DNA of 64,000 nt, taken from Octopus vulgaris (taxonomy: Eukaryota). The notes under the pieces were generated by a model that ran no database searches, was not told where the DNA came from, and was given only the letters and a program-made list of their open reading frames with translations. Location of the stretch: NCBI GenBank assembly GCA_951406725.2, contig OX597823.1, positions 28,954,001 through 29,018,000 on the forward strand, written 5' to 3'. Every line of letters starts with the position of its first letter. Within the stretch, counting starts at the first letter, position 1. A program made the position numbers and the translations under genes. Positions 27,024 through 41,440 of the stretch are shown one piece after another.

Positions 27024-27111
27024 TGTATGTATAAACTTAGAGATAGATTGATAGAGAGATGCATATATATATATATACATACATATATATATATACACAT
27101 ACACGCATATG

Positions 27112-27174
<63 letters not shown>

Positions 27175-27228
27175 GGTAAATCTTATATCCGAAACAGAAA
27201 CACACTCTAAATTATAGTGTGGTATAGA

Positions 27229-27399
27229 ATAAAGTTAGATAAGTCCGGTTTATGGGATTACCCTCGGTTTCTCGTCCATAAAACGCTTAGCTTTACAGCG
27301 TTTTACAGATTTTTGGCTCTAACAATGTGCTGTAAAGCTAAGCATTTTATGGACGAGAAACCGAGAGTAATCCCATAAACCAATCTTATCAATCTTTAT
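27229..27399. repeat. ~70-bp-arm inverted repeat (hairpin/foldback)
   Basis: 27229-27299 is reverse-complementary to 27329-27399 with a few mismatches; 29-nt spacer. Confidence 0.85.
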
Positions 27400-27631
27400 A
27401 TATGTGTATATTCCTTTATTCTTTTACTTATTTCTGTCATTTGACTTCGACCATGCTTGAGTGCCGCCTTTAGTGGAAGAATTCAAACCTAGGACTTATT
27501 CTTTGTAAGCTTAATACTATTCTGTTGTTTTCTTTTTCAGAAACGCTAAGTTATGGGGACGTAAACACATCAACATCGTTTGTCAAGCGATGGTGAGGCG
27601 GAAAACACTGACATACATATACATACATACA

Positions 27632-27707
<76 letters not shown>

Positions 27708-27791
27708 TATATATAGACATATATATATATATACATATAAATATATATATATACATTTATATAGATGTGTATATACATGTATATATATGTG

Positions 27792-27851
<60 letters not shown>

Positions 27852-27853
<2 letters not shown>

Positions 27854-29486
27854 TTGGCGAAAATAAATTTAAGACGGATGATAAAAGTTATATTTCTTAC
27901 AAAATATTTTGTTACTAACACCATACAAATTATTTTTATCTTCTACACCTTATGCAGAATGTATTTCTCTTTCGAATGATGCAGACAATAACTATTTTTA
28001 TACAACTTGAAGAATTCTAATGCTAAATTAATAAAAGCGTTTCAAATTTACCAGCAAAATTAGTTTAAGACCATGCAATATGTATGCAAATTTTTTTGCC
28101 AAAATGGGTGGTCACACAACTAGCCTAACTGCACTATATAGTCTTATAATTTAGCGTTATTATACAATTGATTAATAATGGGAAAACGTAGCCTCAGTCC
28201 AGTCACGAGAGCAAAAGTCGTAATACTCCACCAGCAAAATTTTCCTTTTCTGACATCAGCAACCAACTAAAGTGCTGTAAAACGGCTTGCGTGCAAGCGT
28301 AGAAGTTATACTCGGAGACTTGTCAATATAAAGATCGGCAAAGGACTGGAGCCCCAAGAAAAATCACGGCGCACTTGGACCGTCGAATCCACCGACTTTC
28401 GGAAAGCAACCGAAGGCTGACAGACGTTGACATTTGTAAGCAATTATCCAACGAGAATGGTGTTATTTTCACACCACAAACTGTCCGCAACCGTTTAGAG
28501 AATTTGGACTACATGGACGAATCGCTAGGAAAAAGCCAATGATATCCGAAGAAATCGACTCAAACACCTTAAATTTCGCAAAAAGCCATGCTCAATGGAC
28601 TGCCGAAGATTGGTGTATGGTCCTTTGGAGTGAAGAGTCACGCTTCTGTATATTTTGATCGGATGGTAAAACGTACGTCAGACGTCGCCCAACCGAGGAA
28701 TTCCATCCGAAATGCGTGGAAAAGACGGCGCAAGCGGGGATGGAGTGTGATGGTGTCGGCGGAACTTAGTAGCTTTGGAGTTGGCCCTCTAGTTAAAGTT
28801 GATGTTAAGCTAAATAGTGTTGGTTATATGAATCTACTAAAGGATAACGTTGTGCCATATTTGACTCACCAAATGCAGAACAATAGTCCTGTGACTATCA
28901 GCAGAACAATAGCCCTGTGAACAAAGCCAAAAAGGTTATGGAATTTTTTGATCACCATAATATTAACATAATCGAATGGCCTCCCCAGAGCCCGGACCTG
29001 AATCCGATCGAGAACTTGTGGAATTATGATTCCCAAATGTCCATGCTAAAAAAACCATCTAATCTAAAACAATTATTCGACTATATCAATGAAATCAGGT
29101 AAAACATTCCCATAGAATTTTGTAATCACTTAGCGAATTCAATGCCGAGGCGTTGTGCAGCCTTTATTAAGAATAAAGGCTACGGCACAAAGTACTAATA
29201 TGTTTTTCTTTCTTGTTGCTCATTTTTGCTACAATCTTAAGCTTTAAATAAAATTATAATGATATGGTCTTGAACTAATTTTGCCGGTAAATTTGAAACG
29301 TTTATATCAATTTAGCATTAGAATTCTTCAAGTTGTATAAAAGTAGTTATTGTCTGCAGCATTCGAAAGAAAAATAAATTCTGAATAAGGTGTAAAAGAT
29401 AAAAATTATTTGTATGGTGTTAGTAACAAAATATTTTGTAAGAAATATAACTTTTATCATCGGTCTTAAATTTATTTTCGCCAGTG
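27852..29486 (+). mobile_element. Full-length Tc1-family DNA transposon with ~220-bp TIRs
   Basis: CA(T/C)TGGCGAAAATAAATTTAAGAC... TIRs at 27852-28073 and 29263-29486; TA on the right flank; transposase inside. Confidence 0.95.
28178..29198 (+). pseudogene. Tc1 transposase, multiply frameshifted
   Basis: ATG at 28178 (MGKRSLS), RTGAPRK, TVRNRL, GVGPLVKV, WPPQSPDLNPIENLW, SMPRRC..KNKGYGTKY*. Confidence 0.92.
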
Positions 29487-29816
29487 TATATATATATACG
29501 ACGGGCTTCTATCAGTTTCCCTCTACCAAATCCACTCACAAGTTTTGGGTCGGCGCGAGATTATAGCAGAAGACGCATGCCCAAGGTGTCACCCAGTGAG
29601 ACTGAACCCGGAGCCATGTGATCGGTACACAAGTTTCTTACCACACAGTCACTCCTGCGCACATGCACGCTCATATGTGTGTGTGCGTGTGTGTGCATAT
29701 ATTTATGCACATATACATACATACGAGTGTGCATGTTTGTGTGCTGTGTGTGTTTGTGTGCGTGTGCTTGTGTGTGTGTAACTGAAATTTCGTTGACAGA
29801 AACTTAGGAAAGACCG

Positions 29817-30048
29817 TCGGCGAGCTGGCAGAAACGTTAGCACGTCGGGCGAAATGCATAGCGGTATTTCGTCTGCCGTTACGTTGTGAGTTCAAATTCC
29901 GCCGAGGTCGACTTTGCCTTTCATCCTTTCGGGGTCGATAAATTAAGTACCAGTTACGCACTGGGGTCGATGTAATCGACTTAATACCTATGTCTGTCCT
30001 CGTTTTTCCCCTCTATGTTTAGCCCCTTGTGGGTAATAAAGAAATAGG
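29817..30048 (+). mobile_element. tRNA-derived SINE family B
   Basis: GGCGAGCTGGCAGAAACGTTAGCAC...GAGTTCAAATTCC (A/B-box-like), core GCCTTTCATCCTTTCGGGGTCGATAAA; more copies at 33596-33805, 36085-36300, 47205-47492, 53577-53790, 61775-61975(-), 62228-62357(-). Confidence 0.85.
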
Positions 30049-31375
30049 TTGGTGTTCTCATATGGCAGACTTAATCTGCTTCCCGTTTTCATCCAAACAG
30101 TTGACTCTTGGATGCCTTTATAGAATCTGCTTTTTCCCAAACAATCTATTAGGTCTCTTGTTTAAGAACAACTTCTTTTAATCATCCCAAATTTCACACA
30201 AGTCCTCGAACGGATCATATCTGCTGCCTTACCTTCAATAATTAAGCTATTAAAACAAAACCAAGCAAACACAATATCGAAACATGCCAATCAGTTCCTG
30301 CCCTCGACCGGTTTTGCTTTTTAAATAACCTTGAAGATTTTGGAACGTTGCCAAGCAATTGTTTTTATCCATATTTTTTCTCATCTAATTAGGAAATAAC
30401 AAACAAAGCATATATAATTATAATTATTGTCGTGAGAGTGGTCATTTGGCAAGAATGAAGGGCCACCAAACTAAAACCTTTATACTACCTGTAGACCTTT
30501 TTATTCCTTCATATCAATCATTTTATATAATAAACAATACGAATGTATTATTAAACCAACAGCCTTATTGTTCGCAGGATTGTATTAATATAAAAAGTTA
30601 CTACTATAATTAATTATGTGCGATAGTAGATGAGTTAAGAAATTATATGTGTGATGTTTAGTAACGAGCCTGTATATTCAGAGTTCAAAACCCACCGAAT
30701 TTCGATGTATCTATTCTTATGGATGGAATAAGTATAAGAGATGTTTTGCGCCAAGCAGAAACTATTTAAAGTTATTTAAAGACATTGCAGCCTCCTTTTC
30801 CACGGAAGACCACCAACCGCATTTTACCTTTTATTATGATATCCAAGGCGTTGAACGGGCAGAATTGTTAGCGAGCTGGACAAAAGGCTTATCAGTATAT
30901 TTTTTGTGACACTTTGCCTCCTGTGTTCTCATAAAACCGAGGTTGGCATCTTTTTTCATCCCTCCAGGGATGAGTCGATGGTATCGATTAATCCATCCCT
31001 CTCGAAATTGTTAGCTTTGCCCAAAAATTCAAACAATTATTAAGCTGTCTTATAATATGTATCGGACGTTCTAATCGACTCTATATAACGCTTGTTATAT
31101 GGAAAACATAATTGCGTTTGAGTTACGAGGTTTTATGCGGAGCACCAAAATAAACCAAATATTTTACCAGAATGGAATTTTCTGGCACTTGTGAGTCTGG
31201 AGTATAAAAAGGACACCACTAGCATAAGGTTTGACTTAAACATTGCTGAAAGATTGTGTACCAGTAAAGCAGCAATGTTGATTTAGTCAGTTGTTATTCT
31301 CCAGTAGACAATATGTACACTTGTAACAAGATCATAAAGCATTATTACTATTATCATTGTTATTATTATTATTAC

Positions 31376-31427
<52 letters not shown>

Positions 31428-31430
<3 letters not shown>

Positions 31431-32564
31431 TAGTTTTATTTTTATAGCGTGCTTTCACTTCACTACCGAGCGCAGCTCTGTGTGCCTTGGGTATGTGCTG
31501 TGATTTGTTGTGATGCTCTGATGGTTATTGTATGGAAAGTGTTCTGCGTAGGATGTGGGCAGTGCCTAGTAGTGCAATTTTCTGTATGTTATATGTGTTT
31601 GTAAGTCCTGGTGTTTTTGTTATGTATTTTTTTATCATGCCTAATGCACCTACTATGATAGGAATTGTTTCTGTTTTCAGATTCCACATTCTAGTTACCT
31701 CTATTTCCAGGTCTTTGTATTTTGAGAGTTTCTCCATTTCTTTGAGAGACACGTTGTCATCAGCCGGTATTGATACATCAATTAGAAAGCATTTTTTTTT
31801 TCTTCATGGTCTCTGACAACTATATCTGGTCTGTTGGCCTTATCTTCTCTATCTGTGTGTATCGGCATATCCGAGAGTATGGTTGCTTTCTCGTTTTCTG
31901 TGACCTTTTCTGGTGTGTGCCTATACCATCTTTTTTCTGTTGTTATTCCATAATGTTGGCATAGCTTCCAATGTATGTAGGTTCCAACTCTGTCATGTCT
32001 GTGAATGTATTCCTTCTTAGCCAGGACTGGGCAGCTAGAGATAATATGATTTATTGTTTCTTGTCCATCTCCACATATTCTGCAGTTACTTGTAATATTT
32101 CTTTTCATTACATGTTTTTGGTAATTTCTGGTGGGGAGGCTTTGGTCTTGTGCTGCAATTAAAAATCCCTCTGTCTCTGCTTTGAGTCCTGAGCTTCTCA
32201 ACCATTGCTGGGATTTTTCTTTGTCTATTTCTTTTGCGTTTAGTTTAGTCCAGTATTTACCATGAAGGGGCTTTTCTTGCCATCGTTTTATCATGGTTCG
32301 TTGCTGTTCTATTTTTAGTTTGGATTTCATTTGTTTTATAGCTTTTGTTGTTTCTTCATCTTCTTCTTCTTCTTCATGTTTATTAGGTGGTATGATTTCT
32401 TGTTTGTATTTGTCAGCTTCCTTAAATACTGAGAACAGTTTTTTGTTTTGCTCGTGTTTTGCCGCTATCTGGATCAGTTTTCCTTCCTTCTGAAGTAGAT
32501 ATTTTTGCATTCCTATGGTGGTTATTTTATAGTAGTTTTCCAGCTGTATAAGGCCTCTACCACC

Positions 32565-32567
<3 letters not shown>
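31428..32567 (-). mobile_element. 5'-truncated R4/Dong-like LINE (zinc knuckle and restriction-like endonuclease)
   Basis: GGRGLIQLE, LHGKY, KAETEGFLIAAQDQ, CRICG..ETINHIISSC, YIHRHD, RPDIVV, KLSKYKDL; embedded in (AAT)n on both sides. Confidence 0.92.
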
Positions 32568-32644
<77 letters not shown>

Positions 32645-32791
32645 CGTTATCGTTATCATTATTATTATTATTGTTATTGTTATTGTTATTGTTATTTTTA
32701 TTATTATTATCATTATTATTATCATTATTATTATTATCGTTATTATTATTATTGTTATTATTATTATTATTATTGTTATTATTATTATTAA

Positions 32792-32824
<33 letters not shown>

Positions 32825-32852
32825 CATCATCATCATCATCATCATCATCATT

Positions 32853-33393
32853 ATTGAGTGAGAGAGCAGTGCATGCCATGAAAGTAACACGGGTAAAATA
32901 TACGAAGCCCAGTATACCCATCATGACTACCCGTGTGATAAGGGTACACTAGGCACATGCATCACAAGCATATGTGCGCGACATGGTGATCTCATATCAA
33001 AATAAACAGCGCATGAACTTGCAGGTGGGGCCCAGTTAGAATTTTCTTCTGGTGGAGTAGCCCATCCCGCTCAAAAGGTCCTTGAATAAGGATTGTTTAA
33101 GGATGTTGAACGAAACACCCATGTTTCCAAAGGTGTATTATCCAAACCCCAAAGAATTCCTCTCAACACATGACTATGTTACTCCCCCACTACTTCTGCT
33201 CGTGATCAGAGGAGCACATATCGCCAGCCACTAAAGGTTAAGGTCAAACAACTGACAAGCAAATCTGTGGTATTGAGCAGAATATTTGTTGTAGTCCATC
33301 TTTTACACCAAAACAAAACAATGTACATGATAATACTTCCGTTTAGTTAATATGAGAAGACATGAGAGCCACTGCTTGATACTGCATCAGGGC
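32853..33393 (-). mobile_element. ~550-bp AAT-associated element
   Basis: Homologous end to end with 12538-13086. Confidence 0.85.
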
Positions 33394-33395
33394 AA

Positions 33396-33456
<61 letters not shown>

Positions 33457-33829
33457 TTTGCACAACTTGTAACGCGTAACGCTGGAGATGTACTATAGTA
33501 TCAGCTGTTCACTACCAGTGAACTAAGGTAACACTTCTTATTTTTCGAGAACCTTCCGGAGTATTCGAGCAGTTCCAAGCAGTGCTGTTTTCTGCAAGAG
33601 CTGGCAGAATCGTTAGCACGTCGGGTGAAATGCTTAGTGGTATTTCGTCTGCCGCTACGTTTTGAGCTCAGATTCAGCCGAGGTTGACTTCAACTTTTAA
33701 TCTTTCGGGGTCGATTAAATAAGCACCAGTTACGCGCTGGGGTCGATGTAATTGACTAGTCCCCTTCCCCCAAATTTCAGGCATTGTGCCGTCAGTAGAA
33801 AGGATTATTATCATTATTATCATTTACTT

Positions 33830-34102
33830 TTAATTTTCATGTTTGATACAATGACTTGCCGAGACACACCCAGCAGCCTAGGGCGAGTGAGGGATAAGAG
33901 GTGTTACAGTATGATTGAAAGCTTGGGAAGGTTATATCTACCTATCGTACTTAGGAGGGTTATATCTATCTTTTCACCTTCCTTCTTGACTATTCGTGGG
34001 GTCAAAGGGGCATGCAACTTCAACATGTGGTGCACCATGTCCACCACCACTAGGTCTGGTCTGTTATGCTCTAGCACTTTCGGATCCGATAATTTCATCT
34101 TG
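33830..34102 (-). mobile_element. R4/Dong-like fragments
   Basis: VLEHNRPDLVVVD..RIVKKEGEKID matches 57157-57290; 33830-33900 matches the tail near 56300-56380. Confidence 0.7.
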
Positions 34103-34643
34103 TAAAAAGAGCAAAGAGAGGGGGAAAAAAGACAAGGAATTAGAAAGAACATAAAGAAATGGTACAAATGACAAAACAGCATCAAGTACATATCAACACC
34201 AAACACCACTATTTTCCCAAAAAACATCACCTCTACCACCTCCACAACTAACAGCAGAAAGAAAATTTGCAAACGAAACATCGATGAAGAAACACGAGAA
34301 AATAAAACAATGAACAAACATACAAATACCTCAACTAGAACATAAACAACAGCACTAACGAAATACAGATCTCCACCCACGACAACAAGTTGCATTCGCA
34401 TCCAATTTTGTGTCAGTAAGAAGGAAGATAAATATCTCTCTAATCTTGAATAAGTCCCTTTCAAAGATAACACTGCGTTTGTCTTTGAAAAGGCGAAACT
34501 GAATTAAAGAAAAAATGATTTCAAAAAGCGCCTTCATTCAACATCAAATAGTTGGAAAGGAAAAGAATAATGATACTTCTAGAAATGATAAGACTATCAA
34601 GATAATACTAATGATGACACCAACAGCAACACTACTAAAGATC

Positions 34644-34698
<55 letters not shown>

Positions 34699-36363
34699 CT
34701 ACACAGTATACCACTCATATATTATACTCAAGTTTTCATTTTCTAAATTCGCCAGTTGTATATGAAGTCTTGTTATGGATCTCTATCTGAAAGTACAAAT
34801 GTTTGGCGGCACTATGCAGCCAAAACAAGTGCTTGAAAGCATCCCACAAGTACGAAAGGGGAAAACCTAGTTTTGCCCTTTTAAAGTTTCATGGACTCTA
34901 CTTGTGGGACCTGATTTATCAGTTAGATGAAACAAGAAAGAACCATTCTCCTCTAGAATGTTGGCATTGTGCCTAAATCAAAAACTATTAAAGGTAATGA
35001 GCTGGTAGAATAGCTTGAGCGTCGAAAAATGCCCTGTGACATTTCCTCCGGTTGTTTATGTTCGGAGTTCAAATACCATCGAGGTCAACTTTGCCTTTCA
35101 TTTTTGCGAAGTTAATAAATTAAATTACCAGACAATTACGGGTTGGGAATCGACTAATCACTCTCTGCTAAAAATTGCTAGGCTTGTGCCAAAATTTGAA
35201 GCAATTATTGCCGTTATTTTCATTCAAAAAGGTGGCTGGCGGTAGCAAAATAACATACATCTCCCATTTCGTAACATTACGTCCTACTTTCAAATATTAC
35301 CAAGGATGACTCTAACGATAGTCTATTCGGAGTTGATAAAACAAGTCCATGTCAATTGCTGGTATCGATTAAACCTACTCGCCCAAGAAAATATAACCCC
35401 ATGCCAATTTGTTAAATCCGTAAAATATATTATACATAATATCATAATATATTATATATAGGATGCAGTTAAACTTCTGTTATGTCGGATCTGACTTTAC
35501 CTTTTAATATTCTGCATTCGCTAACACATGCACCAGTCGCGTGTTAGTCTTACAAACCTTTAGAATGATTATTATTGCATGAGCGGAGTGTCGTTAGAAA
35601 CAGTGACCACCTCCATCATCACCATTTTACTTATTACCATCAGAGTTATCATCATCATCGCCGTCGTCGTTTTTATTATGTCAGTCGAGAATGTGCCATT
35701 AATTTTACGTTTTGTTAAGTTCAGTTTCTGTGAAGAATGATATCGCTTTTCATTTGACCAAGTCTCGACAAACTGTGTTAAAAATATATCAACATAATTA
35801 TGAATAAATTAATTAAACTAATTACTCTGATATTTGACGTAAAATTATATTAGACTCAACTCGTAAGAGAACTCAGCAAACTCAACGTGTAACAGGATCG
35901 AGAAAAAAGCTTCATTTATGGAAAACTAATAACTCATCTATATCCTACAAAGTGATGGTGTTAGCGATTAATCTAGTTTAATAGGTGTGGGGTTCGAAAC
36001 GTATTAGTAGACACGTTTCTCTCGTGTTTTCTGGGATTTTTGTGTAGTGACTATAATGTCTAATATATCATTCTTATTCTCTTTTAAGGCAACGTGCTGG
36101 CAAAAACGTTAACATGCCAGGCGAGATGCTTTGCGGTATTTCGTCTGTCTTTACGTTCTGAGTTGAAATTCCGCAGAGGTTGACTTTGCCTTTCATCCTT
36201 TCAGGGTCAATAAAATAAGTACCAGTTGAAGACTGGGCCCGATGTAATCAGCTTGCCTTCTTCCACGAACTTATTGCGCATGCGCCAACATCTGAAAACA
36301 TTATTATTAGTAGTAGTATCTACAATGTTTTTTTAGCTTCCTTCTTCAATATAATTTCTTCCT

Positions 36364-36762
36364 AAGGCAGCGAGCTGGCAGAAACGTTAGCACGCCGGGC
36401 GAAATGCTTAGCGGTATTTCTTCTGTGCTACGTCCTGAGTTCTAATTCCGCCGAGGTCGCCTTTGCCTTTCATCCTTTCGGGGTCGATAAATTAAGTACC
36501 AGTTACGCACTGTAGTCGATGTAATCGAATTAATACACATGTCTGTCCTTGTTTGTCCTTTCTATGTTTAGCCCCTTGTGTGTAACAAAGAAATAGGTAT
36601 TTCGTCTGTCTTTATATTCTGAGTTCAAATACCATCGTGGTTGACTTTGCCTTTAATCTTTTCGAGGTCGATAAATTAAGAACCAGTTGCGTACTAGGGT
36701 CAATCTAATTGACTGGTCCCCTCCCCAAAAAAATTCGAGCCTTGTACCTAGAATAGGAAAGA
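36364..36762 (+). mobile_element. SINE family B, dimeric form
   Basis: Full monomer followed by a second partial monomer starting GTATTTCGTCTG; similar arrangement at 47205-47492 and 51750-52146(-). Confidence 0.8.
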
Positions 36763-37149
36763 TTCTTATTCTCTTTTTATGATCATTTATTCCCTGTGTG
36801 TTTCGCTCTTTATCATGTATCGATGTTATATTTTCTTATATTGGAGTCCTACATTTCTTACTCGTATTCTGTCACCATATAGTTGCTATATAGTTGTTCT
36901 ATATATGATGCATTGTATAGAAGTGCTATTGTATAAATGGTCTATTTTTTTTCTTCTCGTGACCTAAGTTTTATGTGTAGATGTTATATAGATTATATAT
37001 ACATCCTATTTTCCTGTATCGATATCCTATATTCTACATTCTGTTGCCCTATACTCCTCACATAAATGTTATATACATATATGCATACATACATATAATC
37101 ATATACATACATGCATACATACATACATACAAACATACATATATATATA

Positions 37150-37256
<107 letters not shown>

Positions 37257-37319
37257 TGCACGTATATATATAAATATACATATATATATCCATTTTCATT
37301 TGAATCTAAATTTTTGCTG

Positions 37320-37375
<56 letters not shown>

Positions 37376-37570
37376 AAATAAGTAAATGGAAGAATAGATT
37401 CCTTTCAATCATCAACTTCCACATAATACCAATTCATATAATTTATTAAACTAATTAATTTGTAATTGTAAGCATTTATGTATTAGCCTTTTGGGTATTT
37501 TACTGGCAGTATATTAGATAAATGATATCCGATAGTGGGTTACAATCATAACCCCTATCTCCACTTTGTG

Positions 37571-37625
<55 letters not shown>

Positions 37626-37806
37626 TATTTCTGTGTGAGTTAGAGGTTGGAGAGAAACCAACCAACTGAAGGATAATATTTATCCAATATACTGCTGGGT
37701 GTGTGCCCAATTATTCATTCCCAGGTGCTGGTTATTGCATGGCAATCTCGCAATTGAGTGTCTATATAAGGGCGGGGATAAAAAGTGGTTTACTCGTAAT
37801 TTATAC

Positions 37807-37922
37807 GGCAAATAAGAAAATGGAGGTGATACAAAAACGACATACATCAGCCAGTAGACATTCTAGAATGTCTACTGGCTGATGTATGTCGTTTTCGCAT
37901 AATCTCCATTTTCTTATTTGCC
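37807..37922. repeat. 116-bp loopless palindrome
   Basis: Arms centred on TTCT|AGAA (37864/37865); inner region perfect, a few outer mismatches. Confidence 0.9.
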
Positions 37923-38006
<84 letters not shown>

Positions 38007-38269
38007 CGTGTGCGTGTATATATATATATATTTCGTAAAAACAAAATGTGCTTATACTGTCTCCTTCATAAGCTCGTCTTCCTAGCGTTCACAATAATTT
38101 TTCTATCGTCTTCGCTTAACAACCCTCATCGTTTGCTTTTGCTGTTTTGTTCTTACTGTCCAGTTCTTGTTACCACTTTTACCCTCCGCAAAAGATCCCA
38201 AATTTTATTTAATTTGCTTTGCGGGAAAAATTGTTTCAGCGAAGTCGCGTCTTGTCCATGCTTTCGAAC

Positions 38270-38470
38270 CCATCTGACTATTTTCTGTTCCCCAACATGA
38301 AAAAACACTTGGCTGGGAAGCAGTATCGGAACGATGATTAAGTCATATCTACACCGATTGAAGAAGTGTATGGACCGCAGGGGAGACTATGTCAAAAAAT
38401 TAAACACATTTGGTCAACTTCGACCATTTTATCGTGGTCATCCTATGAACTTTACAGCCCACCCTAGTAT
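38270..38470 (+). mobile_element. Mariner transposase 3' remnant
   Basis: PSDYFLFPNMKKHLAGKQY and RLKKCMDRRGDYVKK, followed by a TIR-like end GAACTTTACAGCCCACCCTAGTA. Confidence 0.75.
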
Positions 38471-38497
38471 ACACGCACGCGCACACACACTCACAAA

Positions 38498-38544
<47 letters not shown>

Positions 38545-38564
38545 GACATATATGTTGTGTTATT

Positions 38565-38942
38565 CTTTTATTTGTTTCAGTCATTTGACTGCGGCCATGT
38601 TGGAGTACCGCCTTTAGATCGAACAAATCGACCCAAGGACTTATTCTATCGGTCTCGTTTTACCAAACCACTCGTTTACTGGAACGTAAACATACGAATA
38701 TCGGCTGTCAACTGATGGTGGGGAGACAAACACAGACACACAAACATATACACATATATGCATATATATATATATATGAAGGGCTTCTTTCAGTTTCCGT
38801 CTACCAAATCCAATCACAGGGCTCTGGTCCGCCAGAGGCTATAGTAGAAGACACTTGCCCAGAGTACCTGCCACGCCGTAGGACTGAACCCAGAATCATG
38901 TGGTTGTTAAAGAAACTACTTACCACAAAGCCACTCTGTGCA
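38565..38942 (-). mobile_element. SINE family A
   Basis: Reverse-complement match to family A tail, microsatellite and head. Confidence 0.8.
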
Positions 38943-39656
38943 TAATATCTATATCTACTCCATTTGTAGCTGTCCCACTTTCCTCTGTCGAAGTCCTATA
39001 TTTCTAGGTGCAGCTGTCCTGCATTTCCTATAAAATCTCCCCTACTTTACGACAAATACTCTATATTTTATGTATAGAAATCCCGTATTTTCAAACAGAA
39101 ATCCTATGTATCTTACATAGATGTCATACATTTTATGTATAGATGTCCTATAGAAGTGTCAAGAACTGACCTCTCGATCTAAGGCAATCATCACAGCCAT
39201 AAATAATTCAATTAGCCATATGTGTGAAAATAATCAGGAAATATATTTGTGTTGATTTTTTTTATGATTGCTTTGTGTTTTCTTTTTTCTTTTTCATATT
39301 TGTTTTGTTCATGTATGGTTTGCTATGTTCTGTTTTTCTTGGAGAGACAAATCGATATTGGTATTTCAACCTAACATCAAAGACAGCTTTTGTACCAGAA
39401 CAGTTATTAGTTTTCTCCTTGGTGAAAATAGATGACCTACCATTGAAATATATAAGATATTACTCATACCACATGCTACGAAGGCTCTATGTGGCCGCTA
39501 GAAATAGCAACCAATTTCTTCTCAAACCAAACACTACAACCATTAAAAAAAGATCAGGTGGTTCAGCTGGAATTATATTGGTGATAGGCATTCGCAGTCA
39601 GAACTCAACTGAGGCTAAGCAATAACTTATACATGTACATATACATATATGTATAA

Positions 39657-39783
<127 letters not shown>

Positions 39784-40016
39784 CACATATATGCATATAT
39801 ATATTTCCAAGTAAGTTTTATCTTAATATATATATATATATATATATATAGCTGCAGAATCAAACTCAATTATACATCAACTGTATCAGCAACTGAAAAA
39901 AAGGCACATACAGGAGTAGTGATCTGAAACACCCAGACAGAGGAAGTCCGAAAGACTATGGTGGTGCTCTAGCATTATCACAGCTGCATGGCTGAAACGA
40001 GTAAAAGAGTAATAGA

Positions 40017-40077
<61 letters not shown>

Positions 40078-40080
<3 letters not shown>

Positions 40081-40980
40081 CAGTAAAATTTAGATTCAGA
40101 TGAATATGATACTTAAGTTAAAGGCGCCAGAGTTTGCTATGGTGTTATCCATATCAATCAAATGGGATGATTATAATCAAAATAAGCAACAAGGATATCC
40201 AAAGGTAGTGCAGTACAATCGTTTCATGCTACTTCATTTAATTAAACAATGTAAGTATTACATCAGTTTTAAAATGTAGAGCAATCTTCATCCACATATG
40301 GAATTTTTAAAATTAAATTGATAATATTCATTTTTATACTTATTCCATTTACCAACATTACAAAGAGGGTAGAGGGTAGGTATATAGACAGAGTGGTGAA
40401 TCTCATCAACAGAAACATGGTAGTAAATGATCCTTACTCATGGGTAGATTTCTTATCACTGAATTTACTTTGTTATTTAGATTTACTATTGGGGAGGGGT
40501 TTTTATTCTATTAAACTCAGTGGGGACAACCAAGAATTTATCTATTTATAGATAGAGGAAGAGGCAGTTTAAGTGGCAGTGCCATAGATCAAGCTCTTTT
40601 TTGAAGAACCTAACTCTGGTATAGCTAAAGTATTTTAGTTAACGTTAGTAGGCTGAAGCTAATGGGGTAGGGAGAATAGAAACTTCCAATATTTAACTAT
40701 TTAACAGCCATATTCCTACTTGTGATTTGAAATAAATATCTTTTAGATAGTTTTTTCAAAGGATTCTAATAAATTTTAGTATCTTATATAGGGATGGGGA
40801 GTATAGAAATCATTTCATATTTATAAAAATATATACACCAAATTATTATTAATAAAGATTTATAGTTAGTTAGTAAATGGTAATTTATTTGTATTAATGA
40901 GTTAAATTAAAGGAATATGCTAGACACATAATATTTTTCCTGCATGTTAATGATTTTAGAATGTACATCACTTGAGCTAT
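40078..40980 (-). mobile_element. Probable Penelope-like remnant with decayed hammerhead
   Basis: TA-flanked AT-rich block; minus strand 40209-40296 reads UGUGG aUGAAGA U UGCU..AGCA U GAAA CGAUUG UA CUGCA. Confidence 0.45.
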
Positions 40981-41440
40981 ATATATGTATATATATACAT
41001 ACACACGCGCAGACAGATGTTTTCAGTATAAGGTCAGTATTGATATACAATATAAAATAGTTTTATATTACTTAAGAAATGACAACAGTTCTTAAGCACA
41101 AAGGCAGAGCACACAAGCGTCATCATCATTATGATGATGATCATCATCAGCATCACCATTATCCTCACCACCTTCACTCCCACCACGATCATCATTATTG
41201 TTACCAGGATCCACATCACCACCACCGGCATCAGCACAAGAACTACCACCAGCACTCCCATCACCGCCACCACCAACATCATACTCATTAGCACCATCAT
41301 AATCATCGTTTTTTCATCATCATCATCATCTTCACCCTCCTCCTCCTCCTCCTCCTCCTCCTCATCATCATCATCATCATCACCACCACCACCACCATCA
41401 CCACTACCACTACCATTGTCTTGTCATCATTGTCATCAGT

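Noticed and set aside
41079-41291. His-rich ORF
   Set aside because: Degenerate CAT/CAC trinucleotide repeat without splice or domain support.
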